A stretch of 63,024 nucleotides of DNA, filler included, from Asterionella formosa (GCA_002256025.1; 28 parts of 28 records of this genome joined end to end with filler, not necessarily neighbours in it), one strand, 5' to 3'; shown: positions 48,500 through 62,036, counted from the whole stretch's first letter. The notes: generated by a model from the sequence alone, not told the origin. Numbers and translations: made by a program.

Positions 48500-49535
48500 T
48501 CTCTCAGGCCTTCTTCCACCATAACGACTCCAATTGCTTCCGCTGTTTTCCCATTCCCTCATCCGCTTTTGACGCCGATCGAGGGCAAACTTACAGCCTT
48601 CACTGTAACCCGCCTTCGCAAGGAACTCTTTGCCAATGCTCGCTCTGTCCACTGTACCAGTGGTGGTGGTGCCAATGGTTTCCTTGGTATTGTCATGGCT
48701 GCTGCTCCTTATCTTTTACGTGTTGGTTAACCCTTTTTACTGCCCGAACATCCCGGCATCCAGCCGCCACACAGTGCTACTGCAACACAGTCCCAAATCA
48801 CTGCTGCCAACCGTCTTTTTGACTCCTCCCTTTGACGCATTCCGCCGTTACTCCCAAATCCGTGAAATTCTCCGCCAACAAATTCTCACAGCCATTGACC
48901 CAACTTTCATACATTTGGATATGCAGACATCACTATTCTGACCTTGCTTGCTCACTTAGAATCTACATATGCAACATTGAGTGCGGATGATTTAGAACTC
49001 AATTGCATGCGCTTGGCCGATGCTTGGACACCAGAGGAACCTATTGAACATTTATGGATCTGCATCAAACATCTTTGTGCCATTGCCGATGCTGGTGGGG
49101 AACCTTTCTCTGACAGTACTGTCATGCGATTGACTCTTTCTGATTTAGAACAGGCTGGTGTATATTCTCATAGCATTCAAACTTGGCGTGATTGCGCTGA
49201 GATGGACCGTACATGGGTTAATTTTTGCCTGCATTTCATGCATGCTGATAAGGAACGATTGCGCCTTGCCACCGCCACCACTGCCGGTTATCATGGTGCC
49301 CATGCTGCCATTCAAACCAGTGGCCCTCCCCCATTGCCAGGTATTGCTGCAGCTGCTTGTGCTGTCCCTTCTGGATACACTTACAACAATGTCCAATTAG
49401 GCTATTGTTGGACTCATGGTCTTACCAAAAACCCTGACCATACCAGTGCAACTTGCAATCATCCAGCTTCTGGCCATCAACTCAATGCCACCCTTGATCG
49501 ACGTCTGGGTGGCAGCGTTCGTATTTTCAGTGATG
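48500..49535 (+). mobile_element. Copia (CoDi-like) gag, frameshifted
   Basis: GGGANGFLG, MLAHLESTY, WTPEEPIEHLW, YCWTHG...HTSATC...GH...AT...LGG motifs. Confidence 0.85.
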
Positions 49536-49635
49536 NNNNNNNNNNNNNNNNNNNNNNNNNNNNNNNNNNNNNNNNNNNNTTAATTAATTAANNNNNNNNN
49601 NNNNNNNNNNNNNNNNNNNNNNNNNNNNNNNNNNN

Positions 49636-50078
49636 GTCCAAAGAGTATCGGTAACAAAACCAGTCATGACTTCTGTTCCCAAAATACCAATAACAAGCCA
49701 ACTCATGTATCCTGCGTTGCTTGAACCGAAACTATATACATATACGTAAATATGTTGAAACAAACGATTCATTACGATAAGTGTGAGTCACCATTGTATT
49801 CTCAAAACTCTCAAGATGAATCCTTTTTGTTGTTTCGAAAATAAATAAATTCATTTTACATATATACCAGTCCATAAAGTATCTGCAGTCTACACATAAA
49901 ATATGTATAACAAGCAGACAGACAAACAAACACAAACTCACATGTTGTACCATGATCGCAACATTGATGCTGGCAATGCAATGACATCTGATTTCTTGGT
50001 GGTAGTGCTTTGATGACGAAGAATAGAACGAGTAGCAATTCGTCGAATCGATTGTCTTGCAGCAAAGGGAGCGATCAT
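49636..50078 (-). CDS. QCR9: Cytochrome bc1 complex subunit 9 (QCR9/UQCR10)-like, two exons, 3' truncated
   Basis: Exon 1 50078-49942 has an Arg/Ser-rich presequence; intron 49941-49732 (GTGAGT...TAG); spliced WYNIFGSSNAGYMSWLVIGILGTEVMTGFVTDTLW. Confidence 0.7.
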
Positions 50079-50688
50079 GATGGCAAATGTTTTGTTGATT
50101 TATTGGACGAGGAGATGATGGTCTTGAGCAAACGCAGAAGCAAAAACAACGTATAATAACAACTTGTTTGGCTTTCGGCGAACACCCAAAGTAATATATC
50201 AACAGAGAAACGTACTATGACGTCACTTCCTTAGTCTTGTCGCCGCCTCCTGACGAAACAATTTGTCTGCAGTACCGGTACCTGGTACCCTGGTACTACC
50301 ATTCTACCTCGTACCTGGTACCTGCTACCAGGTACCGGTAGACGTGCGTTGTGTAATGTGATGTAGGTGTAAGAGTACCAGTAAATGTGTGTACAAGAAA
50401 TTCAGGGGTACCTGGTACCGGTAACTCCTCGTAGTGGTATCTGTTACTCCGAGTACCGCATCAGATAGCCTAGGTCTGGTAGCCTCCAAGCAAATTGGTA
50501 GATTTGCTTTTCTCGAATCATGCATTGCAAGTGTAGCTAGTTGTAGTTTGGAGTTCATCACTCTACATAAAATCCATCCAAACTCTGCTGTTATTAATAT
50601 CTTTATAGAGTCAGAACACGATGAAATATTTTATGCAAAGTATAAACCTGTAGTAAGCATGATATATATTCGCGCATCATCGTTTTCG

Positions 50689-51414
50689 TTATACAGAAGT
50701 AATTTTGGCCAAAGGCACTCGTTCGCTATTCTTCACACTCATGCTGTTGTGAGAATTGTTGTACCCAACTTCTTGTGATGGTGTTGAAAATTGCGCTTCA
50801 CCAATGGCACTATGACTTGCCATGAAATTCGGGGTAACTTGGTATGAATCCGCAGAATACTCGTCCATGCTGATACCAATATCTTCATACAGCGACTGAG
50901 CGAACAAGGTCAACTCATCCCTACCCAGGGCTATCAATACAGCAACCATCATATCAAGTAAAAAGACAAAAGTAGCCCAAAACCAAATCCCAGACATGGT
51001 TCCTTTATGTTCGCAGTCGTATGAAAATGTGGATAACTGTACACGTACGCATTTGGACATTTGTCCGTAAAAGAGGGAAAGGACAAATGCAAGAATTGAT
51101 CCACCAACGGCAGTCCCTAGACATACGCCTACCATAAAGTCCGAAGGAGTCAAGGCGTTGCAATAATACGGCATGCTGGTTGAATTCAGAATGGACCATG
51201 TGATTCCATTCTGAAGGATCAACAGGAAGGACATCAGCAATGAATTGATGCCAAGATTGGGCATCATGGTGGCTGACACACAATAAGTGAATAGAAACAT
51301 GTTGCAAATGCCCATGGCCATCATAAGTAGATTGAGTAGTGCAGGTATTGAATCTGCATAGGAGGAGATACAACTAGGCAGGTATGCGCGTAATCTTCTT
51401 GAATTCAAGTCCAT
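50689..51414 (-). CDS. 241-aa four-TM membrane protein of unknown function
   Basis: Intact ORF with four hydrophobic segments and a Cys pair in the last loop. Confidence 0.7.
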   Translation of the reverse strand: MDLNSRRLRAYLPSCISSYADSIPALLNLLMMAMGICNMFLFTYCVSATMMPNLGINSLLMSFLLILQNGITWSILNSTSMPYYCNALTPSDFMVGVCLGTAVGGSILAFVLSLFYGQMSKCVRVQLSTFSYDCEHKGTMSGIWFWATFVFLLDMMVAVLIALGRDELTLFAQSLYEDIGISMDEYSADSYQVTPNFMASHSAIGEAQFSTPSQEVGYNNSHNSMSVKNSERVPLAKITSV

Positions 51415-52504
51415 GATGCTAATGGTTGTGTTTGTTGTAGACGAGCCCTGATGATGTTCACGTTGGCAATAAGGGTTGCTTCCCTGGGACGGGAGTCTGT
51501 AGTTTTAGAATGATTGATTGTATGGAAGGGGAGAACCAAAAGGGATGGCACTGTAATCGATTAATGATGAGAGCTGGTGCAAGAAATCATGCTCATTTCT
51601 TTTTGTCGAAATGGAACCGTCATCACACGATCTGATCGGCGCCGCCTTCCCTGCATATATTAACATTCCGCCGTATACTAACCGGTACATATACCGGTAT
51701 GAATTGCAAATTAGAACATTATTTATTTAGTCATTCTCGGAGTGAGTACGTAGTTGCCTGTTGTTTCTTAGAGGTACCAGGTACCNNNNNNNNNNNNNNN
51801 NNNNNNNNNNNNNNNNNNNNNNNNNNNNNTTAATTAATTAANNNNNNNNNNNNNNNNNNNNNNNNNNNNNNNNNNNNNNNNNNNNGCAGAGTATCTACGA
51901 TGCCAGTATACTGCGAGCCTGCAAAAGTATTTTTTAGGCCTGCAGTTATATACCAGTATACTGCAGCCAATGGCTGAACAGTATGGTTTTTCGAAACCAC
52001 CGAAACAGTATACTGGTATACTGATCCAGCAAATCCCGGGGAGTTCTTATTCAATACTGCAGTATACTGCCAACCCAGTAAGTAATCACCGACCTATGGT
52101 GACACCTATATACCGGTATGTTGCACAGATATATGTATGTGAACGTACTACGTGTAGTACGATTGATTTGAATTTGAATCATGCCCATGATAGGAATAGG
52201 GTTCTTAGGGAGTGACTTTGGTATACCGGTATCTAAAGGTGATTGAGGGTATGCAATATCACGTAGTCGTACAACAATGTGGCATTGGTATGATCTGTTG
52301 GTGATGAAGGGGACGCAATAACACTTTCTCGTAAAAACAAGGTGACATTGGTATCTATTGTCATCTCGTACTCAGGCTACAACACGTTCTTGTACAGACA
52401 AGGTGATGACATTGGTATCGTCACTTGGTGATGGAGGGGACGCAATAACACATTGTTCTCGTGCAAACAAGGTGACATTGATATCTATTGTCACCTCGTA
52501 ATTA

Positions 52505-52822
52505 GGTTAAAAGTAAGATCAAACGAGCTAAAAGTTGTAATCTGTGATCTTATTTATTGGCAATCATGTCTAAACAGAAAATATGATCTGTATTTTTTAG
52601 TAGTAGCTAAGATATATTCATGTTAAAAGTAAGATCAAAACAGCTAAAAATTGCTATCTGTGATCTTATTTATTGGCAATCGTATCTAACCAAAGTATGA
52701 TCTTTTTTTAATTTTTTAGTAGTAAGATATATTCATGTTAAAAGTAAGATCAAAAAAGCTAAAAATTGTCATCTGTGATCTTATTTATCGGCAATCATTT
52801 CTAACCAGGAGGCATGATCTGT
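52505..52822 (+). repeat. ~115-bp tandem repeat, about 3 copies
   Basis: GTTAAAAGTAAGATCAAA...CTGTGATCTTATTTATTGGCAATC at ~52506, ~52622 and ~52737. Confidence 0.85.
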
Positions 52823-53849
52823 AAATCATAAAGATTGATTTGAGCGATTCATCTACTGGTAAATATTTTTTGATTTGTACCATGTGAAAAATTTCGTATG
52901 ACTCCCCCGCTAGCTAATTGAGGGGCTTAATTAAATTACTTACTTGTAGGTACAAGAATTGATGCGGAAAAATTCAAAGACAGTACATCAGGTCATGGAA
53001 AACAATGATATCCTCGTCATGCATTCTTGTATATATTTGAATTATGTATAACCTTAATTGAAGATAGTAGAAACATTATGTGTATTTATTTGTTTTCAAA
53101 TTTTTATAAATGTATACATAGCTAGCCTATACATTTGAAATCATGTTTAGAGGTTCCTTGTTTTGCCTACTACCGGTACCACATGATCCTGAAATGAAAG
53201 ATAATCTCTGTCCTGTGACAAGCAAGGAAAACTGAAAGAACAACGCTTCAACGCACATCATGATGATAAACCTTGCGGCTTAGAAGCAAGGATTGAGAAT
53301 GGAAGAGTGAATGGAATCTAGCTATGGTATGCATGTCAAGAGTTGCTACATGCCAAGGTGATCAATTGTTGGGTTCACAAAGACTAGCAAAATGATTGCC
53401 TCCTTCCCTAGCAATTCAAAAGCACATTTCGCATTCAGCGGGATACCACCAATGTCGACCAAAAACTTGTAAATGCTCTTGTTGGATCAATGAGCCACTG
53501 TTAGAACATCACTGACACATGTTTGTTTTTCAATCTTTCAGGATAATTTTGATCAAAGATTTTTGTTATAAGTTATAAATAACATTGGTGGAACGGTTTA
53601 TTGATTTGTACTTATGTGATCATTGACTGACACATTATTTTTCTGAATTATGCGAAAAGTTCATCGATTTCTGGTAAGTGGAGCATGCTAAAATGGGACT
53701 GCAGTGTTGAGATATAAACAAGACATGGCTAACAAGCGAGTAATTCCTTCTCATTGTTGTTATGATTAGGAAATCAAAATAGATAAAACAGAATCGTATC
53801 AAAAGGAAATGGGATTTGCAGCATGAAGTCAGATGAGTTTCAGAATCTG

Positions 53850-54034
53850 AGTGGAAGGGAGGCGGGAGGCATGAATCAAGTGATTTGAAGGCAGGATGCA
53901 ATGCATTCACAAGAGCATTGAAGGGAAGCGGGAGGCATGTATCCTTAAGAGCATTGAAGGGAAGCGGGGGAGGCATGCATCCTCACAAGCATTGAAGGGA
54001 GGCAGGAGGCATGCATCAAGAGCATTGAGACAAG
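53850..54034 (+). repeat. ~35-bp degenerate minisatellite
   Basis: AAGAGCATTGAAGGGAAGCGGGAGGCATG units. Confidence 0.75.
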
Positions 54035-54786
54035 NNNNNNNNNNNNNNNNNNNNNNNNNNNNNNNNNNNNNNNNNNNNTTAATTAATTAANNNNNNNNNN
54101 NNNNNNNNNNNNNNNNNNNNNNNNNNNNNNNNNNCCAGATGAAGGTCAGGTGAGGAACAACACCACTCGCCGTTGGTCTGACCGTTGATCGACAGCATGA
54201 AACAAGCAACACGACAGAAACCCGTAAGCTTGAGATCACCGGTATGTGCATTGCATTGGCTCTGTTGTTGACTCTTCTCTCCACGCATACCGCAGGTTAT
54301 TCGGCACCTTTCACCGATGGAAACTCTACCAATTGCACCCTGGATTAAGACTTTCCCCACAAAGGTGCGTCAAAGATAGATGAATGGATTGTCATTCGCA
54401 GCCGGTTCGCACTGAAATCTCATGTTTCTTTTTTCTCCGTTCCACTCTTGCCATTCTCGCTGCTGGTACTTCTTTTCTATCCTAGATTATGGACCGTGCT
54501 TGGGATTACATTGTCTATGTTGGCGGGACCGCGGGACTTGCCATGGGTATCATCACGTGGTCAAAGACATCGGACTACAATAAAGGGGTCGCCGAAGAGC
54601 GAGACTAATAAGCTTGGAAGCACCACAAGTAACCGTTTAATTTCAGATAGCCATTTTTTATTGTGTGTGTGTGTGCATGTGTGTGTGTTAACGTGATGGA
54701 AGGAGATCTTATTTGATGATTGGAAGCGGATAGATCATACAGGGAAGATTTGCATTGTCTGACCAACTGGTGCCTTCCCTAATTGT

Positions 54787-54929
54787 GATACTAAATGGGT
54801 ACAACGAAGTTAGTGACACTAAATGGGTACAACGAAGTTAGTGACACTAAATGGGTACAACGAAGTTAGTGACACTAAATGGGTACAACGAAGTTAGTGA
54901 CACTAAATGGGTACAACGAAGTTAGTGAC
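54787..54929 (+). repeat. 28-bp minisatellite, 5 copies
   Basis: GACACTAAATGGGTACAACGAAGTTAGT head-to-tail, no spacers. Confidence 0.95.
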
Positions 54930-54998
54930 GATGCAAGCAGGAAAAGGCTCCATATCTCAATTATCTTTAACAAGTAGAACATCGAAAACACTTAAAAT

Positions 54999-56282
54999 TT
55001 AGTACGGTAAAAGCTCCGTAGGTGGCGGGGGTTGAACTGGGCCATTTGCAACCCATGGATGTGCAAAAACCTCTGCCAAAGTTAGCCGATCTTGTGGTTT
55101 TAGCTTCAACATTTTTTGCATCAAATCACATGCTTCTCTCGACAAGAAGATGCTCCAGTTGCGCAATTGTTCCTCAAGCCGACCATTCACGATCAACTCG
55201 AAGCGCTGGTCAGTAATGCTGGCTTGGTCGTATGGCGGAAAACCTGTCAACATAATATAAAGGATGACCCCGGCAGCCCACAAATCAATTGCAAATCCGT
55301 CGAAATTTTCGATACTGGCAAATACTTCCGGAGACATGTAGTTGTGCTTTCCACATACTCCTTGAGGTTTCATTAACCGGCGTAAGTGCCTAGCTCTAGT
55401 GACATCGGTGATTCCTCGGTTTTCTGGGTCGCAATAAGGAACACGCAGACACATTCCCATGTCAATAATTTTGCACGTGTCTTCATCGACAAGAATGTTT
55501 TCTAGTGACAGATCTCGATGACAAACGCCGAGCGATTGAAGGTGGTGAAGACCCTGTGCGAAACAAGATTGAGTCAGTTGAAGTTGAAGAATCTCGTTGC
55601 ATGTACTGTAATGTGCAAAAACTTGAAGCCACGACTCCATGTTTCCTAACACTTACCCAAAGTATTTGGCGAAACCAAAACCTCGCTACCGGTTCTGGCA
55701 TACCAATGTCACCTCCACTTTCCTCGGCATACTGAACAACAACGCCAAATAAATCCCCACCCTTACAATAGGGCATGACACTATAAATAAAATCACTGTC
55801 TTGCAAAACTTCAGTGCTTCCCAGCACATGTGGGTGTGCTGATCCCAGCAGCTGCATAGCTGCCACTTCCTTGACTGGGTCTTCCAACAACCTGCCTCGC
55901 ATGTGAACCACCCTGGCCCACTCCACCATTTTAATCGCCACGTGACGGCCGGTAATTTCCCAGACAATCGGTGCATTCGGAGCACCTGGTTCTACACCAG
56001 CTGCCCGAGCAGCATCGTCGGCGGCTACTCCGTAATGTCTCTTTAGCACTAAACATGCCCAGACTGATCCATAGATGGCATCTTGCAATCGACGCTGAGG
56101 CCAATAGGCCAGGATATCTGACGGCTTGATTGCAAGGCCCTTTGTATTGCCTGAAAGATCCTCTCGGTGAATGACCCCAGAAGAGACTTGCCTTGTTCCG
56201 GTTTCTGGATGAACCACCAGCGCGTTGACCCGCACCCCGCGGACGACTAAGGGAGCTGGGAAGTCCAGCGGTCGCACTGCAT
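54999..56282 (-). CDS. Ser/Thr protein kinase (CAMK-like), intron 55554-55656, 5' truncated
   Basis: VAIK, HRDLSLEN, IIDMG, YMSPE, DLWAAGVILY; in-frame GTAAGT...CAG intron. Confidence 0.93.
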
Positions 56283-57433
56283 NNNNNNNNNNNNNNNNNN
56301 NNNNNNNNNNNNNNNNNNNNNNNNNNTTAATTAATTAANNNNNNNNNNNNNNNNNNNNNNNNNNNNNNNNNNNNNNNNNNNNCTATAGAGTTCTACATGA
56401 AGAGACAATAGTGAATGTACTGTAATTATGTATGCACTCATTGAACTATAAACGTTAGCTTGCCGGCGCGAGCCACAATCTAAACCAATAGAAATGCTCC
56501 TTTTATTTGACTACGGCCGGAGTCTAATCGACCAACTACCTGATATTTGGTCGATAAGGGGGTCATCCTCGATCAAGACCAAAGCATATTTGGTCTTGGT
56601 CGATGCGGTGGCTAAATTTTTTTTGCTTTTTCGACCAACACAACGCATCATGACGTGTAATGACCTGCAACTTCAATTGGATTGGTATTTGGTCGATGCG
56701 GTGGCGATGCTCTAATTAAACTTTCAAAGACCCTTTTACTTACTAAAATGAAAATTGAAAAAGATAAACAAATTTTGTACTAGTGCATAAATTCTCAAGA
56801 ATTCAGATGCACTTACCGTTTCGACATGGAACACATCATACATACATACAACAAAACTCGTACCGTAAAATCATTTGTATATATCATATACTGGTACTTT
56901 TATAAATCGCAAGTCGTCCTTCTGATCTATCTTTTATCTGACGCATGAAGTATTGTGTACTCGTGTGACTCGTTATTCTAGTCCAGTTAAACTGCCCTAA
57001 TCACTCTTTTAACATACCCCCTTCCAAACTCTTTTTGAGCTTGTCAGGTTCGTTAATCGACTCACACTACCAGGTACTCTCCTCCTCCTCCTTTGTCCTC
57101 GTTGTCCTTCTCCATCGTTCCCTCTTTCACTACAGGTAATGAGCCCAAGCTGTTTCCTTGAAAGAAACGAAATTGTTGATTGTTAATTCGATCTCACAAT
57201 CGGCGCTGACCACAAACTCTCATTCGCATTCGATTGTTTTCACATCGTTCATTTGTCTTCTACATCTGTCTAGCTGTATAATCCACTACACAGAGCAGTA
57301 GTCAATTGTATTGAGTAATCTCTATCAAAAGGGTGTTATTTGGCATTCAAAAGGTGCCTTCTTCCTCTCGTTCACCAGGTACCTGATACTGGTACCCTGA
57401 TACCTGATACCTGGTGGTACCTGGTACCAGGGA

Positions 57434-57927
57434 GTTGCTGAAGGCAATACATGCCCGAGGTGGTCTCTTGCCTGCGAGTATACATGTGTTCAAGGCTGGG
57501 TGGCGCGAGTAGGTTGACCGTACGAGTGGCGCCCCCGGCGCTGCAAGAAGGTCACCCTACGAGTGCCATCCCACCCGAGTACACATTTATACGAAAAGGC
57601 AAGTAGCCGCCGAGAAGGGTATTATTGAGGCAATTCCCGCTCTAGCTATCGTCGCGTCATTCGCTTACCTACTGCCCACAAATTTAGCATAAATGTCAAT
57701 TTTAGCATACTATTGCCCATCATATAAAATATATATTTAGAATATTTCCTATCTTCACCTCGAAAATTGCCAAAGGTCCGATATTGCCCATCATTAAAAT
57801 ATATTTTATATATTTCATATGTTCGCATTTTGGCAAGACAACAGACACCAATTGCCCCTCGGTTTTCCAGCCCTGGGATTGCCGAAATCGGCAAGGGGTC
57901 TACTTAAGGAAACCATTTTATATACTA
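57434..57927 (-). repeat. Dispersed repeat, copy 2 (with ~100-bp extra hairpin segment)
   Basis: rc of 8021-8412. Confidence 0.85.
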
Positions 57928-58186
57928 TAGTGTGTTGAAACTGAGATGTGCCGCAATGGCCGTCTCCTTCTCGTAGTGGCTACAAATAGTCTACAGCGAT
58001 AACTCTAGCAAGTACAATATAGAAAAAGAATCAGAGGAGGAGTAGCTGTTGAATTTGTAAATTTTTTTTAAATACAGCTGTTGCATATTTTAACATTCAA
58101 TGCATGTCGCCGTAGTGAGTCGAAATTGAGATGTGCCGCAATGACCGTCTCCTTCTCAGAGCGGCTACAAATAGTCTACAGCGATA

Positions 58187-58530
58187 CATCTAAGCCGCGT
58201 ATTACGTGAAGTGACCATCACGTAAATAAGCCTAGTTGATTTTGAATGGATCACATGAATTAGTTGAATACATCAAAATGCTTACTTGAATATATCTATA
58301 TATTATCTGAATACATCACGTTAATTATTTGATCAGAGTTTCATGCATACATTCCTGATCATCACTATATTACGTGATCACCTTCACATAATTATTTGAA
58401 ATACTTCACATAATTATTTGAAATACTTCACATAATTATTTGAAATACTTCAATTAATTCTGTAATTCAGTTCACATTGCCTTAAATTTTTGTTCACGTA
58501 ATTCTATAATATGGTTCACGTAATTTATTA
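58187..58530 (+). mobile_element. End B of CATCTAAG transposon inserted in the ~187-bp tandem repeat
   Basis: GCGATA|CATCTAAGCCGCGTATTACGTGAAG; 22-bp subterminal repeats. Confidence 0.85.
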
Positions 58531-58630
58531 NNNNNNNNNNNNNNNNNNNNNNNNNNNNNNNNNNNNNNNNNNNNTTAATTAATTAANNNNNNNNNNNNNN
58601 NNNNNNNNNNNNNNNNNNNNNNNNNNNNNN

Positions 58631-59607
58631 ATTCAGCATCCCTGCAAATACGCAACACTGTGGTGACAACAAACATGCCAATGGCCATTCGCAATGCGGC
58701 ATATCGTGATGATATGGAAAAGTATATAAAAAATATATAATTCAAATGGCTGGATGGGATACAAGAGAAATTTACGACATGGTGGATTGGACAGCAAGAC
58801 ACTAGGCAAGCAAAACACTCAGACATTCACGGAAAATGACAGTATTCAAGTTGTAATTTAATTTGTTGGCGACGTTTCGACACCAGAGTAAATATGATAA
58901 GAGCGTGGATAACAGATGTTTTCGATGTAAACGCCTCAACGAGGACATAATCATGTGATTACTTGCCCAGTTAATTAAGACTTCAGCACGGGAGGAGCTG
59001 CTACATCAGGCAATGGAGTCAGCTATCATGGGTCCAGGAGCATGTCACTATGTAGCTACAATAATGAAAGAGGGACTTAACCAATGGCTAAATGGCAGGA
59101 GTTCTCCATGGGAAGGACCTATTCCCCATGCAGCGGACGTTGTAGGGAATTTGACTTTTGAGGCCTACCTGAATCAAATGGATATTGGGTGGGACCAAGC
59201 GTTCAAAGGCAAAGTAAGGAAATTGTAGGGAGTCGCAACGGTTACGCACAGCAAAGAAAAAGTGGATAGGGATGGCGTACTGGCGGAAAAGTGGAGCGCT
59301 AGGGTTATTTCAAGTTTATGGGATATGGCCATTAAGAGTTGGATTATACACAATAAGGATCTATATGGAAAGACAGAGCAGGAAAAATTAAGGAAACTGA
59401 TGGAGGAGATGAATTCACAAATTAAGGTTAGATACAGATTTGATCAACAAAGGGTTAGGGAAAGCGATAAATCATTTTTCCTGCTTCCAATGGAGGTGAG
59501 AATTAAACAACATACTTTACAGCAGAAGCACTTGTGGGTGGAAACTGTGGATCTTGCTTTTAATGCTTGGAATAATGATCAATCCAGGACTATGCCAAAC
59601 GTTGGGT
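58631..59607 (+). pseudogene. 3' region of a non-LTR retrotransposon ORF (Ambal-like), decayed
   Basis: RCFRCKR...HV.TC zinc knuckle; QMDIGWDQAFKG; WSARVISSLWD...WIIHN. Confidence 0.65.
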
Positions 59608-59970
59608 CATCTAAGCCGCGTATTACATGAAGTGACCATCACATAAATAAGCCTAGTTGATTTTGAATTGATCACATGAATTAGTTGAATACATCAAAAT
59701 GCTCGTTTTTGAATATATCTATATATTATCTGAATACATCACGTTCATTATTTGATCAGAGTATCATGCATGCATTCCTGATCATCACTATATTACGTGA
59801 TCACCTTCACATAATTATTTGAAATACTTCACGTAATTATTTGAAATACTTCACATAATTATTTAAAATACTTCACTTAATTCTGTAATTTAGTTCACAT
59901 TGCCTAAAAATTTTGTTCACGTAATTTTATAATATAGTTCACATAATGAATTAAATTTGTTTACGTAATT
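59608..59970 (+). mobile_element. End B of CATCTAAG transposon
   Basis: CATCTAAGCCGCGTATTACATGAAG plus 22-bp repeats; matches 58187-58530. Confidence 0.85.
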
Positions 59971-60878
59971 TAAAAGTACAATCAAATATGTTGATTTCTA
60001 ATTCAACTGCCGGTATTTCACATTACATGGGAAACAAATCTCGATATGCAATCAAACAAAGCAGTTCTTTCAGAATGGCATCTTCAGTCTTGAGAAGGCA
60101 GGCATCATGAGATGTCTGTAAGGACAATGCAAGACAAACAGAAACCATTCATTCTGAATGAAAAAATTATTCATTCTTGAAAAGGCATCATGGTGCGAAA
60201 TCGCAACAGGAATGTATCACACTGGCTTCCTCCTTGTCCTTGAAATGACTTCTTCATTGACCTGCAAAGATTTACAAAAGAACAGTGTGTCAGTAATTCA
60301 ATTAATAGAACTAGCAACAGCAGAAAGCAACACACACATGTGCTTTTCAACTGTTTCACAGAGCAGACAAATTGACAGCAGAACCCCGGCATTAGCCAGC
60401 CACCAGGCAGCACCGCAACTCACTGATGCATTAAAAAAGATGGCTCCTGTTGTGAAATGGACAGCTAAAATGTAAAATAAATGTAGACAACAATAACAGA
60501 ACCATGTGATTTCTCTCTCGCTTTGCTGATACAATTATGAAACTGAAGATTAAGCTCACCTTGAAGGCCTCCATTGCGGGTCTCCATATTGCTGTGTCAT
60601 TTCATCTGCTATCACTCATACTTTCCAAAGAACACTGCTTTTCTGAAAAGGCCTGTTCAAATGTCAAATGAATGTTGAAAACAACAGCATGACACATCAT
60701 GAGTTATCCCTCGCTTGGTGATATAATTGCAAAAATAGCAAGCAAATAAATCTTACCTTAAAAGCATCGATTGCTTACNNNNNNNNNNNNNNNNNNNNNN
60801 NNNNNNNNNNNNNNNNNNNNNNTTAATTAATTAANNNNNNNNNNNNNNNNNNNNNNNNNNNNNNNNNNNNNNNNNNNN

Positions 60879-61406
60879 TCATATGACAATAACAATATAT
60901 CATATATATATACAGAGTACCAGTAGCAGGTAGTAAGTGATATACTGGGGGTAGTCGGAGTAGTAAACTAGCAACAGAACACCATATGTTCAGGACTGTT
61001 GCTACAGTGGGACAGTAAATCATCATAGTTTTAGGATCGTATGATCGTAAAACTAAAAACCAATAGTCGGAGTAATAAGCAAGCAACAGAACACCATATG
61101 TCTATGACTGCTGCTACTGCAGCGGGACAGTAAATCATCATAGTTTAGGATTGTATGATCATAAAATTAAAAACCAATAGTCGGAGTAATAAGCAAGCAA
61201 CAGAACACCATATGTCTATGACTGCTGCTACTGCAGCGGGACAGTGAATCATCATAGTTTTAGGATTGTATGATCGTAAAACTAAAAACCAATAGTCGGA
61301 GTAATAAGCAAGCAACAGAACACCATATGTCTATGACTACTGCTACTGCAGCGGGACAGTAAATGAATTTAAGATCATCGAACTTTAAGGAAGACAACGA
61401 CAACAG
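60879..61406 (-). repeat. Element with ~120-bp tandem subunits, copy 2
   Basis: Three near-identical units; rc of 11587-12190. Confidence 0.85.
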
Positions 61407-61421
61407 TTATCAAGTAGTACA

Positions 61422-62036
61422 ATGTCTTCAAGAAATCATAAAGAGGTTCATGGAAACAAGCGACATGTGGCAAATACTGCCGGTATGGAACAAAGAAGCA
61501 AGTTCCAAAATGAGTTAACAAAGAAAAAGCGAATAGGCGATTATCCAAAGCAACCCAATCGGCGATTGGGAGATGTTGGGGGTAATACCCCATCGTTGAT
61601 GGGGACACTATCAGCTACTAGTACAAAGGATCCCGTAATTGATACTGACATCGATGATGACGTTTCTACTTCAATTATTGATACAAGAAAATTGGCTCCT
61701 GTCGATGATACCATTAATAACTCCCGGATGCAGATGGACGACATGGTACCATATCATAAATTTTCTAATTGCACGGACCAACAAGTACATGAAAAACTGA
61801 GGGAAAACAATTTTGCACTTGCCAAAGGATATTATCAATTGGTCAATGAACTCAATCACTACAAAGGTCGTAATTCGGTTCAAAACTCGTCCATACGAGG
61901 TTATCAAGACTCTTCAATTTCAGCAGCCTTATCAGAACGTCCTTCTTGCTTAGCTAAAATTGAACCATCAATTGTCACAAAGGTTGTGAGTTTTATTTTC
62001 AAGACCAAGAAGTTTTGCTGTGAACATGTAAGTTAG
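61422..62036 (+). CDS. Hypothetical protein (possibly transposon-associated; may splice at GTAAGT ~62028)
   Basis: 204-aa ORF directly after the repeat; no recognisable family. Confidence 0.35.
   Translation: MSSRNHKEVHGNKRHVANTAGMEQRSKFQNELTKKKRIGDYPKQPNRRLGDVGGNTPSLMGTLSATSTKDPVIDTDIDDDVSTSIIDTRKLAPVDDTINNSRMQMDDMVPYHKFSNCTDQQVHEKLRENNFALAKGYYQLVNELNHYKGRNSVQNSSIRGYQDSSISAALSERPSCLAKIEPSIVTKVVSFIFKTKKFCCEHVS

Noticed and set aside
54787..54929. 28-bp repeats as a CRISPR array
   Set aside because: Head-to-tail with no spacers, no cas genes, eukaryotic context.
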